The notes below the pieces were generated by a model that was not told the DNA's origin, did no database searches, and worked only from the letters and a program-made list of their open reading frames with translations. Below are positions 54,239-63,269 of a stretch of DNA of 64,000 bases, one piece after another. Both the position numbers and the translations under genes were made by a program. The stretch is from a virus, in the IMG/VR virus record IMGVR_UViG_3300025012_000049, positions 32,304 to 96,303 of that record; one strand, 5' to 3'. How positions within the stretch are numbered: the stretch's first letter is position 1; every line of letters starts with the position of its first letter.

Positions 54239-55120
54239 TTACTTTTCAATAAATCCCGTACCATTACACAATTCACAGCTAGTAGAATTTACATGAACAT
54301 AACGTTGACCACTCCCACGACAAATACTACACAATTCATTTCCATTTTGATATTGTTCAATTGTTTCAATAAATCTGTCTTTCAATTTATCAATATCAAT
54401 ATACCAATTTCCACCAGCTTCAACATATCCATATTCATTTTCTTTTTCACAACAAAAACGATAGATTTCCCAAAGAGTATCATCATCCAATTCATCAGCA
54501 AATTCTCTTAAAGTCTTTTCTTCAATTGGATAATAACGAATCATCTGCCCGTTATTACAGTTTGGACAAATTGGATAATCCCCTAAATCAATAATCAATT
54601 CCCTTGCAATTCCTTCCCAAAAACAGTTCATGCATTTACATTCCCTATCTTTAATTTGTTCTTCTGAATACTCATCCGGCAATAATTTAATCAAATCAGA
54701 TTTAATATAACTATCCCATGCCTCATTTTCCATTTCCATTTCAATTTGTGATACCATATCATCATCCAATACACAATAATCTTCCAATTGATCCAATTCC
54801 ATTTCATTCCAGATATCTTCTCTAATCCACAATTGAATTGAACCATAACCACCATAGGTTTCAATCAATTTGGAATCAGATTCAATTGGTTGCCATGTTG
54901 CAAAACCATTTTCACTTCGATGATTATCTGATAAATAATCTCCCCTGTCAAAATCTCCCATTGACCATGATTCAATTGAATCTTTCAAGTCATTGTGTTC
55001 CTTCAAATATCTTACATTAGCACGTTCTACAGCACATGAATTATCGTAATCACCAAAAGAAAGATATTCACAAGATATATATTTAATTCCATTGACCAAT
55101 TCTTTAGTTTGTTTGTTCAT
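54239..55120 (-). CDS. Acidic hypothetical protein with zinc-finger inserts
   Basis: CMNC...CPNC and C-terminal CSICRGSG...CELCNGTG; RBS before ATG 55120. Confidence 0.6.
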   Translation of the reverse strand: MNKQTKELVNGIKYISCEYLSFGDYDNSCAVERANVRYLKEHNDLKDSIESWSMGDFDRGDYLSDNHRSENGFATWQPIESDSKLIETYGGYGSIQLWIREDIWNEMELDQLEDYCVLDDDMVSQIEMEMENEAWDSYIKSDLIKLLPDEYSEEQIKDRECKCMNCFWEGIARELIIDLGDYPICPNCNNGQMIRYYPIEEKTLREFADELDDDTLWEIYRFCCEKENEYGYVEAGGNWYIDIDKLKDRFIETIEQYQNGNELCSICRGSGQRYVHVNSTSCELCNGTGFIEK

Positions 55121-55166
55121 TTTAATTCTCCTTTTAGTTTTTGGAGTCAATCAGCTTGTTATACAA

Positions 55167-55589
55167 TTATCTACCACACTCATAATCACGTTCCCTGTCA
55201 AGCATGTTTTTTTCATATTTATTATTGGGGATTGAATTAATGTCAATCATTGCAATCCAACGAGAACCAATAATCTGATTATATTTCATAATCAACATAG
55301 CAGTATTATCAGGATAAATCATAATAGTAAAATAAATCTGATCATAATCAACTGAAATCATATGATTATTAATCAATTCAACTAATTTATCAGTTGGTTT
55401 AACATTATAAAAATAACGGCAAGGAGTTTGCGCCCTACAAACTTCCAAATAATTACCAATTGTGGCTTTTTCGCCAAATGGAATAGCTTTAAATGCCTTT
55501 GAATTTTTATCATGGGGTGCATATTCAGAAAAGAAATCTAAGAATTGACAGACTTCTTTAATCAATAGTTTTTCTATGAATAATGGCAT
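55167..55589 (-). CDS. Hypothetical protein
   Basis: AAAGGAG RBS. Confidence 0.55.
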   Translation of the reverse strand: MPLFIEKLLIKEVCQFLDFFSEYAPHDKNSKAFKAIPFGEKATIGNYLEVCRAQTPCRYFYNVKPTDKLVELINNHMISVDYDQIYFTIMIYPDNTAMLIMKYNQIIGSRWIAMIDINSIPNNKYEKNMLDRERDYECGR

Positions 55590-55627
55590 TTTAATTCTCC
55601 TTTATTAATTAATTATTAATTTCCTTT

Positions 55628-56134
55628 TCACTTAATCAAATTCCGCATATAAAAATCCTCACTAATAGGATATGGAATATCTTTAAATTCTCCGGCTTTA
55701 CTTTCTAGATAATCAACCATTGTATTCCAGCTTTTCACATAAATATCAATTTCCTTTTCAAAGCTTTTCAGTTTATCAATATGATCCTGAAAGCTATACC
55801 AATTATCATATTCAAATATATATTCCATTTTAAGCAGTTTATTCCCGTCATTTCGACACAATCTAATTGTAATCATGTTGTCGTAATCAATTCCATTTCC
55901 CCATATTTTCAATTCATGCTCTACATATCCCACGGCATAATAAACCGTAAAATCTTTCAATACTTCCTTGGCTTTCGTTTCAATTCGTTTACTAACAGTT
56001 TTCCCCTCAAAGGATTTAAGCACAGGAATAATCAATTGCATAACTATTACTTTTTTCTCAAGCTTGGCAATATAAGCATTAATCTTTTTTACCAATTCAA
56101 ATTTATTTACCTTTTTTCCGGTTATCGGATACAT
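55628..56134 (-). CDS. Hypothetical protein
   Basis: AAGGAG RBS. Confidence 0.55.
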   Translation of the reverse strand: MYPITGKKVNKFELVKKINAYIAKLEKKVIVMQLIIPVLKSFEGKTVSKRIETKAKEVLKDFTVYYAVGYVEHELKIWGNGIDYDNMITIRLCRNDGNKLLKMEYIFEYDNWYSFQDHIDKLKSFEKEIDIYVKSWNTMVDYLESKAGEFKDIPYPISEDFYMRNLIK

Positions 56135-56136
56135 GA

Positions 56137-56373
56137 TTAATTCTCCTTCCCTTTGGAAAAAATGGATTCATAAACTTGTGCAATTTGCCATGCGTAATTA
56201 ATCAGACCATGCCAATTGCACCATGCTTCAAACAATTCCGCTTCTGTCATTTGATTCAACTGTTCAATTTGATTATCAAACAAAAGAAGATGGCAATTAT
56301 CAGGACAATCAAGATCAAAAACTTGATTAGCAATATCCTTCTTAATCTGTTTTGGCAATTCAGACCATTTCAT
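56137..56373 (-). CDS. Hypothetical protein
   Basis: ELFEAWCNWHGLI; AAAGGAG RBS; first gene of the leftward unit. Confidence 0.55.
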   Translation of the reverse strand: MKWSELPKQIKKDIANQVFDLDCPDNCHLLLFDNQIEQLNQMTEAELFEAWCNWHGLINYAWQIAQVYESIFSKGKEN

Positions 56374-57138
56374 GATTATTCTCCTTTGTCTGGTTTATTT
56401 TCATGCAACATGCATCTTTATTTCATAGCTTGTCAAGTAAAATCTATAAACAGTTGAAAAAGCTAATTTTTTCTGTGATAACCTTGTAGCAAATATATTC
56501 AAAACAATTCAAAAATCAAATTGAAATTCAAATTCTGGAGTCGATTGCCTTGTTATGATTAATTATATAATGGTGCGAATACATGGATAGGTGGTGGAAT
56601 TAAAAAATAAAAAATTTAATTAAAAAATAATAACCTTAAATCAATTAAGGTTATAGTCGATTAATGAATAATTGATAGGAGCAAACAATAAAACAGCGAT
56701 TAATAATTTAAACCTGGGTATGCTATTAATAATCATGCAACGAATCCAGGCGAAAACATTAATAATCATATTACTATATTTTGACATTATTAAGCCTCCT
56801 TTACAGGTAAAATCCTTGAAAAACACCTTCTACAACATGCCACGCCATTTTAAAGTCTGTCAAGGATCTTTAAACTATTGAAATCATTACATTTTTACAT
56901 ATATAACTGAAATAGTATAAAAATAAATAATCAATAAAAACAATAGTTTATAAATCCGGTTTAAACACTATAAAAAAACGTCTGAACTTATAACTATAAA
57001 AAAAATGACTTATTACATAATGATAAAATCATCTAAAACTATCAGGATAAAATTAGATGCTATGAAACCGGATAAAACCCCGAAAAAATGACCGGCGGAA
57101 AAAAATGAAAAATCTTACGGAAAAATGTATTTTTTCGT

Positions 57139-57170
57139 TTGACATTAGCCATATTGCCATTATATATAAC
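57139..57170 (+). promoter_or_regulatory. Putative sigma70 promoter with upstream A-tracts
   Basis: TTGACA, then TATATA at 16 or 18 nt; repeated GAAAAAATG upstream. Confidence 0.5.
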
Positions 57171-57283
57171 ACGTACCTAATTTTTTCCGCTCCTTGATCC
57201 TTGACAATTGAATATCTGCCTAGCTTGACGGGTTTTGGGTTTTGCCTGAAATTACGCTAGGCAGAGCTAATAACGGAAAACAG

Positions 57284-57575
57284 CCTGTTATTAGTCAAGG
57301 GATAAAGCAAAGGAGATTGACAATGAAAAAACAATTTGCAGAAATGAATCAAATTGAAAAACACATACATAATGCAAAAGAGCTTATGACAATGAATAAA
57401 AATGCAATTGAAATCTTGCTGTCCAATAATAGCTACAGAATGCCCCAAATAATCCTCGAAATGGAAAATGAAAAACAAGCGGCATGGATAGGAGAACTTG
57501 AAAACATGCTAGAAGAAGGAAAAACCGAAATATAACAAAAAACATATAACTATTTATCCCTTGGCTAATAGCAGG
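57284..57575 (+). repeat. 23-bp inverted repeat arms (57284..57306 and 57553..57575) enclosing an ORF
   Basis: CCTGTTATTAGTCAAGGGATAAA pairs with TTTATCCCTTGGCTAATAGCAGG, two U.G wobbles. Confidence 0.85.
57323..57535 (+). CDS. Early-type hypothetical protein
   Basis: AAAGGAG RBS before ATG 57323. Confidence 0.6.
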   Translation: MKKQFAEMNQIEKHIHNAKELMTMNKNAIEILLSNNSYRMPQIILEMENEKQAAWIGELENMLEEGKTEI

Positions 57576-57606
57576 ACAATATAAAAATGAAAGGGGGTGA
57601 AAACTT

Positions 57607-57714
57607 ATGAAAACTATTTTTGTTATGTCAGTTTTTCCTATCCTGATTTATGGTCTAATCATGATTTACATTATTCCGGTTTTTGAACAGGTAGCAAAAC
57701 ACCTGATCCCGTGA
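57607..57714 (+). CDS. Small hydrophobic peptide (35 aa, not in ORF track)
   Basis: AAGGGGGTG RBS; MKTIFVMSVFPILIYGLIMIYIIPVFEQVAKHLIP. Confidence 0.55.
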   Translation: MKTIFVMSVFPILIYGLIMIYIIPVFEQVAKHLIP

Positions 57715-57772
57715 TTATCCTTTAATAGGATAATCAAAACATTAACCATTAACTAAACAAAGGAGTTAAATT

Positions 57773-58555
57773 ATGAATCCGAAAGCTAACAAATTCGCCA
57801 GTAAAAAAACTGCTTCTGTCAATGCAATTCCGGCCACAAATAACGGTTTCCGTGAAATTGCAGAAAAATCAATTAAGGAATGTCTTACAGTTGAATTGAA
57901 ACCGCTATTTGATTCCTTGCTCCACCTGTCCAAAAAACTGCAATCGACACAGGAGCAACTGCACAATCTCCATGCAATCATGATGCAGGACAACAATGGG
58001 CAATTGATTGCCAAGCTTGACCAATTGCTGAATAAAACCAATTCAGTTAAACCGGCTGAAACTGGCGAACAGGAAAAAACGGATAACAACAATAAATCCC
58101 CGCTGGAAATCATGAATAAACATTTTTCCGGTAACATCCCTGATGATGCAGCATTTAACAGATTTTTTGCATCGGCTGATTTTACCAGCCCTGAAACACT
58201 GGCCGAATCGTTTGCAGATTACAACCGTAAGGCGGAAAAGCTGCTTTGTGCAAGGAGATCCAATAAAGAGTTTCTGGCTTCAGCTTGGCAGACACATGTT
58301 GATTTAAACGGCAATGCAAAACCGGCTATTAAAGAAGTTCCGGCAACCTCTCCGGTTAAATCCCTTACAACATGGTCAAAAGAGCTTGGCACGGATAAAG
58401 GCACATTGCAGGAATTTGCGGATTTTATCAAAAATCAAGGGTTTATTGCAGACGATGATTCCAGCCTGTTAATCGATGATTGTGAAAATATCGAATGCTC
58501 TGATGAACTGGAAGATTTTATGGCATGGTTAAAAGCATCTTTACATGTTAAATAA
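57773..58555 (+). CDS. Early-type hypothetical protein
   Basis: AAAGGAG RBS; higher-GC codon usage; acidic C-terminus. Confidence 0.65.
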   Translation: MNPKANKFASKKTASVNAIPATNNGFREIAEKSIKECLTVELKPLFDSLLHLSKKLQSTQEQLHNLHAIMMQDNNGQLIAKLDQLLNKTNSVKPAETGEQEKTDNNNKSPLEIMNKHFSGNIPDDAAFNRFFASADFTSPETLAESFADYNRKAEKLLCARRSNKEFLASAWQTHVDLNGNAKPAIKEVPATSPVKSLTTWSKELGTDKGTLQEFADFIKNQGFIADDDSSLLIDDCENIECSDELEDFMAWLKASLHVK

Positions 58556-58655
58556 TTGATTTATAGATTGCCTGATATATTAGTTTTATCAGGCAATCAA
58601 TTAAACCAGTTATTGCAGAGCAAACAAAAACCACTAACAAAGGAGGATAAATAAA

Positions 58656-58946
58656 ATGAATAAATACCAGTTGAAAAAACAGAGTGCTGAACAGGTAAAC
58701 AAATATCAACAAATGAAATTACAACGGAAAGGAGAAGATGATAAAACAATTGATTTAACCGATGAAATAAAACCGGAAATGGAAAAAGGTTTAAAACCCA
58801 TTATTCACAAATCCATTAAACAACAATTCAATGATGATTCAAATCAATGTCTTTATGGTTTAGTCCAATTGCTATTAGATAAACAACTTATTACTAATGA
58901 TGAGTATTTAAAATACTGTTTACACATTCAGTCAGTCAAAAAATAA
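58656..58946 (+). CDS. Hypothetical protein
   Basis: AGGAGG RBS. Confidence 0.55.
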   Translation: MNKYQLKKQSAEQVNKYQQMKLQRKGEDDKTIDLTDEIKPEMEKGLKPIIHKSIKQQFNDDSNQCLYGLVQLLLDKQLITNDEYLKYCLHIQSVKK

Positions 58947-58969
58947 ACCGGAAGGAGAATAAATATAGA

Positions 58970-59820
58970 ATGATGCAAGGTGAACATGCAAAGAATAAAA
59001 CCGATAAAGTATATCTGTTTATCGGAAACAATGGAGCAGTGAGATATAATGTTAATAGTTTAAATGCAGCTAATAGCATTGGCTATACTGATAGAGCAAA
59101 ACAAAGGTTAGAATTATTTGAAAGGGAGAATAAATAAAAAACTAATTACAGAACTGTTTAACTGTCACCTCCTTCACATTTCCACTTTATCCAAATCCTA
59201 TTAATTACAGCAAAGGAGAATAACAATGGAATACTACAGATATCTGTCAATTTGCTGGGTAATAACTTTTTTATTGGTTTTATTTTTTCCAAATTACCCT
59301 GATGAGGATTCAGGGAATATAACAAGGCGTTTATTTAGCACAATGAGTTTGATTTATTTATCCCTGCTGGTTTTTGAGCGGTTTATAAAATGAATAAATA
59401 TAACCGGCTATATATGGCTAATAGTAATAATAAAGATTCTGTATTGATCTATTCTGTATATGGTTTATTTTCTATCCTGTTTATTACCGGATTAGTATTA
59501 TTCATTTAACAATGCATTCAATACATATAGATTTATTCCCCTTTACAGGCAGAAATAAATCTATATGTATTGAATGCACCGATATTTAAGTATTAATATT
59601 GGTGCAATTTATAAAGTAGTTAAATAAAGGAGGTGATAAAGTATGAAAATATTAGTTGGAGATAAAATCTATAAATCAGTATTGGAATTGATCGAAGAAG
59701 ATAAACGAGAACAACAAAGAAGGGAATCAATTGATAATGCTTATGCAGTGCTTTGTTTTTGCATGGTTGGTAACGAGTATCATCATAAGCATTGCAAGAG
59801 GTATTAGATTATTGGTTGAT
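58970..59820 (+). other. Four short ORFs with RBSs (starts about 58970, 59225, 59390 and 59643), two of them hydrophobic
   Basis: AAGGAG/GGAGGTG RBSs or ATGA coupling; below the ORF-track length cutoff. Confidence 0.45.
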
Positions 59821-59829
59821 AGTTATCTG

Positions 59830-59864
59830 ATCCCCTGACCATATCGGCCAAGGGATTTTTTATT
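59830..59864 (+). terminator. Intrinsic terminator ending the + strand island
   Basis: ATCCCCTGACC-loop-GGCCAAGGGAT followed by a T-run. Confidence 0.55.
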
Positions 59865-60097
59865 GTTTGCTGATTATCCGGTTTATTCTGGGATAGGTTT
59901 ATATCGGTTTTATCTGTCTAATTGGTTCACTATGTGATTATTCATATTCTGGTAATGCTCTGATATTAGTTTGATCTGAAAAGGGCGTATAGGTCAAATT
60001 TGTTTGTTTTAGAATATAATTCATTTTCCAATATTAATCGGATAGCCTGGGTTTAATCTGATTGTATTAGTTATTAATCGGACTGTATATTATTTAA

Positions 60098-60322
60098 TCA
60101 GATACTCCCACCAATTGATTTTTTTAATAAATTGTATGCTAAGAGGTAGCGTAATAAAATTTTTACTATTTTTAGATTTATATTTAAGTATAGATATTTA
60201 GTAAATATACAAACAAAGATAGTGTAATAAATATCTATGATTATTTTAAAATATGAACAATCATAGATATGACCTCCGTAAATTTTTTTATATGTTTTAG
60301 ATTTGTATTTAAGTATAGGCAT
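60098..60322 (-). CDS. Hypothetical protein
   Basis: Follows the radical SAM gene; very AT-rich. Confidence 0.35.
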   Translation of the reverse strand: MPILKYKSKTYKKIYGGHIYDCSYFKIIIDIYYTIFVCIFTKYLYLNINLKIVKILLRYLLAYNLLKKSIGGSI

Positions 60323-60326
60323 TTAA

Positions 60327-61313
60327 TTATTTTTTAAAATACCAAAATTTTAAAATTTTTTTTCTAGTTTTTTTATTTTTTATTCTTAGATAAACTACTT
60401 GTTCAAATGTTTTAGTTTTAAATATATGTGGTTGATTACACCATGCAGCTAGGCAAGAATAAAAAGAACTATTTATTGATTTATAACAATTACTATCTCT
60501 CATTATATATGGGAGAATATTATTTTGTTTGAGATAAAATATCCTTTGCTTTATATTTTCTATTGTATCTTTTTTGTTTATATAAACACACATTTTTATT
60601 TTCCAATTTTTTGAAATATATTTTTTTAAAATGGGTATTTTTTCTTTTATAATTGGAAATAAATTTATGTTGTCAAATGCAAAAATGTATTCTCCTATAT
60701 ATTTTAACTGGGAGAGTTTTTTGGCTTTTTCTTCAGTAAGATACCTTATATCTAAACCAGCATTAAATTTAACTTTGTATTTTTTTTGGATCATTATATC
60801 CAAAATATTTAAACTATCTTCAAAAGCTAAAAAATTATTATCTAAAAAATTAATTTGTTTGTGTTGTATTCTTTTTTCCCAATCATAGTATTTTTGTATG
60901 TTTCCTTCTTTTTTAGGAACAATACAAAAATAACATTTGTTAGGGCATCCTCTAGTTATAAAAATATAAGAAAACTTTGAATCTGGATAAATAGAATAAT
61001 CTTCTATTAATTGGTCTATATCTTGTGGTAATTTGATTATAAGATTATGTCCTGTACCTCCAACTAGTGTGGGTTGTTTTTTAAATATTATTCTATTTTT
61101 ATTTTGTGCAAAAATAACAGAAACAAAGGTTAAATCATATTTTGTATTATCTATAACTTTATGTTTTTTATGTGGGTAGGCATTAAAACCAATTTTTAAA
61201 AAAACAGCTTGAGGATATTTTGTTTTTAATTTCATCAGAGCAATGTTAGGAATTTTGGAATCAACATCAACCAATAAAACTTTTAATTGTTTTTTTAAAA
61301 TTATCCTTTGCAT
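60327..61313 (-). CDS. Radical SAM protein
   Basis: TRGCPNKCYFC (CX3CX2C); LDNNFL; FNAGLDIR; GGAGG RBS. Confidence 0.85.
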   Translation of the reverse strand: MQRIILKKQLKVLLVDVDSKIPNIALMKLKTKYPQAVFLKIGFNAYPHKKHKVIDNTKYDLTFVSVIFAQNKNRIIFKKQPTLVGGTGHNLIIKLPQDIDQLIEDYSIYPDSKFSYIFITRGCPNKCYFCIVPKKEGNIQKYYDWEKRIQHKQINFLDNNFLAFEDSLNILDIMIQKKYKVKFNAGLDIRYLTEEKAKKLSQLKYIGEYIFAFDNINLFPIIKEKIPILKKYISKNWKIKMCVYINKKDTIENIKQRIFYLKQNNILPYIMRDSNCYKSINSSFYSCLAAWCNQPHIFKTKTFEQVVYLRIKNKKTRKKILKFWYFKK

Positions 61314-61472
61314 AGTTCCTCCAAATATACTTTTATTTATAAAAATGATATCATTATATATAATGATTGTCGATCAAAAAATTTTAGTAAGTTTAGAAAA
61401 AAGGAGTAATTATAGATAAAAAGAGGCTTCCAAATTTCCTTTATATGGGCTTTTCTAGGAAAGGGGTAGGTT

Positions 61473-62033
61473 ATGACATGGGTTAAGAGAATTGTATTTT
61501 GGTTTGTTTTGATGATTGGTATAAGTTTTAATTGTTATGGTTATGATCGGGAAAAAGATTTTGGAGGATGGATTGATTTGGATGGGGATGGGCAAAATAC
61601 CAGAGAGGAAGTTTTAGAAAGAGATAGTTTGGTAGGAGTAGAAAAAGATACTTATGGAAATATTAGTTGGGGAATATGGTTTTGTCCTTATTCTGGTTTA
61701 TTTTTTGATAATCCAAAAATGTTGGATATAGATCATTTTGTACCTTTGGCTGAAGTTTATGAATCTGGTGGGGATGAATGGGAAAAGAATAAAAAAATAA
61801 ATTATGCAAATTATCTTTTAGATAAACAACATCTGGTAGTCACTTGGAAAAAATATAATCGAAGTAAAGGTAGTAAAGATATTGGGGAATGGTTGCCTTT
61901 GATATATGTGGAAGAATATATTTATTTGTGGTGGAAAATCAAAAATGATTGGAATTTATGTTTTGATAAAAAAGAAATAGAAAAATTAAAGGGATATGAT
62001 ATTATAGAAGAAAACTTATGTAAGGAGAGATAA
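61473..62033 (+). CDS. Secreted HNH nuclease (DUF1524-like)
   Basis: Signal-peptide-like N-terminus; YDR..FGGW.D.DGD...TR..VL.RD; LDIDHFVPL; NRSKG. Confidence 0.8.
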   Translation: MTWVKRIVFWFVLMIGISFNCYGYDREKDFGGWIDLDGDGQNTREEVLERDSLVGVEKDTYGNISWGIWFCPYSGLFFDNPKMLDIDHFVPLAEVYESGGDEWEKNKKINYANYLLDKQHLVVTWKKYNRSKGSKDIGEWLPLIYVEEYIYLWWKIKNDWNLCFDKKEIEKLKGYDIIEENLCKER

Positions 62034-62034
62034 A

Positions 62035-62697
62035 ATGAATATATGTGAGGAAAAAGAAATCTGTTTAAATGTTCCAGTTATTTATCAGGAAAAACCTACC
62101 AGAAATAAAGGTGGGGATTGTTTTGCTTATGCTTTTATGGCTGGATTACATTATTTTTATCCAGAGAATAAAATAAATCTGGATGATTTATGGGAATGTT
62201 TCATGGGAGAATCGGTAGGAGGAAAGCCTTGTTTATGTAATAGTTGGAATTATTATAATAGAACTTTTTTGAAATTAAATAGTAAAGGCTATATGTTGGA
62301 ATTTTTATCAGGTATTGTTTTACCTGATTATTCTGAAACAAATATTTGGAGTTATGATTTCTATCGTTTTAATAATCATAAAGGATTTTTTAATAAAGTT
62401 TATGATTTATTAGATAATGGTTGGTTATTATTATTCAGTATTGATAATGATGGGAATGGATCTTATAAATTAGATAGTGATGGTAAATTGTGTAAAAATA
62501 GTATTAATCATTTGGTTTTAGTCGATGGAATTAAATCTCAATGGGATGATGTTGAGAACATGGATGGATGCAGGAGTTTTGTATATTATGTGCATGTGGT
62601 ATGTTCTACGAAGGGTGGTTATTGGATAAAATTAAGTGATTTCATTGATAAACATGGGGCGGCTGCATGGTGGCAATTTAGAGGTTATATTCCTTAA
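62035..62697 (+). CDS. Papain-like/C39 cysteine peptidase-fold protein
   Basis: VPVIYQ...GDCF...NHLVLVDG motif order. Confidence 0.55.
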   Translation: MNICEEKEICLNVPVIYQEKPTRNKGGDCFAYAFMAGLHYFYPENKINLDDLWECFMGESVGGKPCLCNSWNYYNRTFLKLNSKGYMLEFLSGIVLPDYSETNIWSYDFYRFNNHKGFFNKVYDLLDNGWLLLFSIDNDGNGSYKLDSDGKLCKNSINHLVLVDGIKSQWDDVENMDGCRSFVYYVHVVCSTKGGYWIKLSDFIDKHGAAAWWQFRGYIP

Positions 62698-62873
62698 TTT
62701 TACTGATATATTCATTATTATTTAAGAATATTCAAATATTTTAAAGGTATTGATTGTAATTTACAAATAAATTATACTTAATATGATTGGTAATTTATGG
62801 AAAGGAGGTTTTAAAGTTGTTATTGTAGTATTGGTCTATTTTTTAACATATAAACCTAAAAAGGAGATGTATT

Positions 62874-63242
62874 ATGAAAAAACTTATTTTTACTGTTTTG
62901 TTTCTTGGTATGGCTATTCCTGCTTTTGCTTTAAATCCTTTGCCTAAATTGGGCAGAGATATCATTCCTCTATTTAATGGCACCAATGATGATTATGCTG
63001 TGGTTAAAACCTTGACTGCTGCTTCTCAGAATGTGTTTGCTAGTGCCTTGACTCAAGATGAAGTTGTCAGGTTTTGGGCAGAGGAGGATTTTTCCTATAG
63101 TGTGGCAGCTTCTCCTACGGCAGTTGTGGCTACCAGTCACCGTATTCCTGCATTTACCGTTATTTACATGGTTATTCATAAAGATAATAATATGGCGATT
63201 ATTGGTACGGGTAGCAGTATGAAATTTTATCTTAGCAAATAA
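62874..63242 (+). CDS. Small protein with signal peptide
   Basis: MKKLIFTVLFLGMAIPAFA; AAAGGAG RBS. Confidence 0.6.
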   Translation: MKKLIFTVLFLGMAIPAFALNPLPKLGRDIIPLFNGTNDDYAVVKTLTAASQNVFASALTQDEVVRFWAEEDFSYSVAASPTAVVATSHRIPAFTVIYMVIHKDNNMAIIGTGSSMKFYLSK

Positions 63243-63269
63243 TTAGTTTAATAATAGTAGGGAGGTATT

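Noticed and set aside
56460-57130. Replication origin or terminal repeat boundary
   Set aside because: AT-rich, with A-tracts at a strand switch, but no clear iterons; cannot be supported without reads or the full genome
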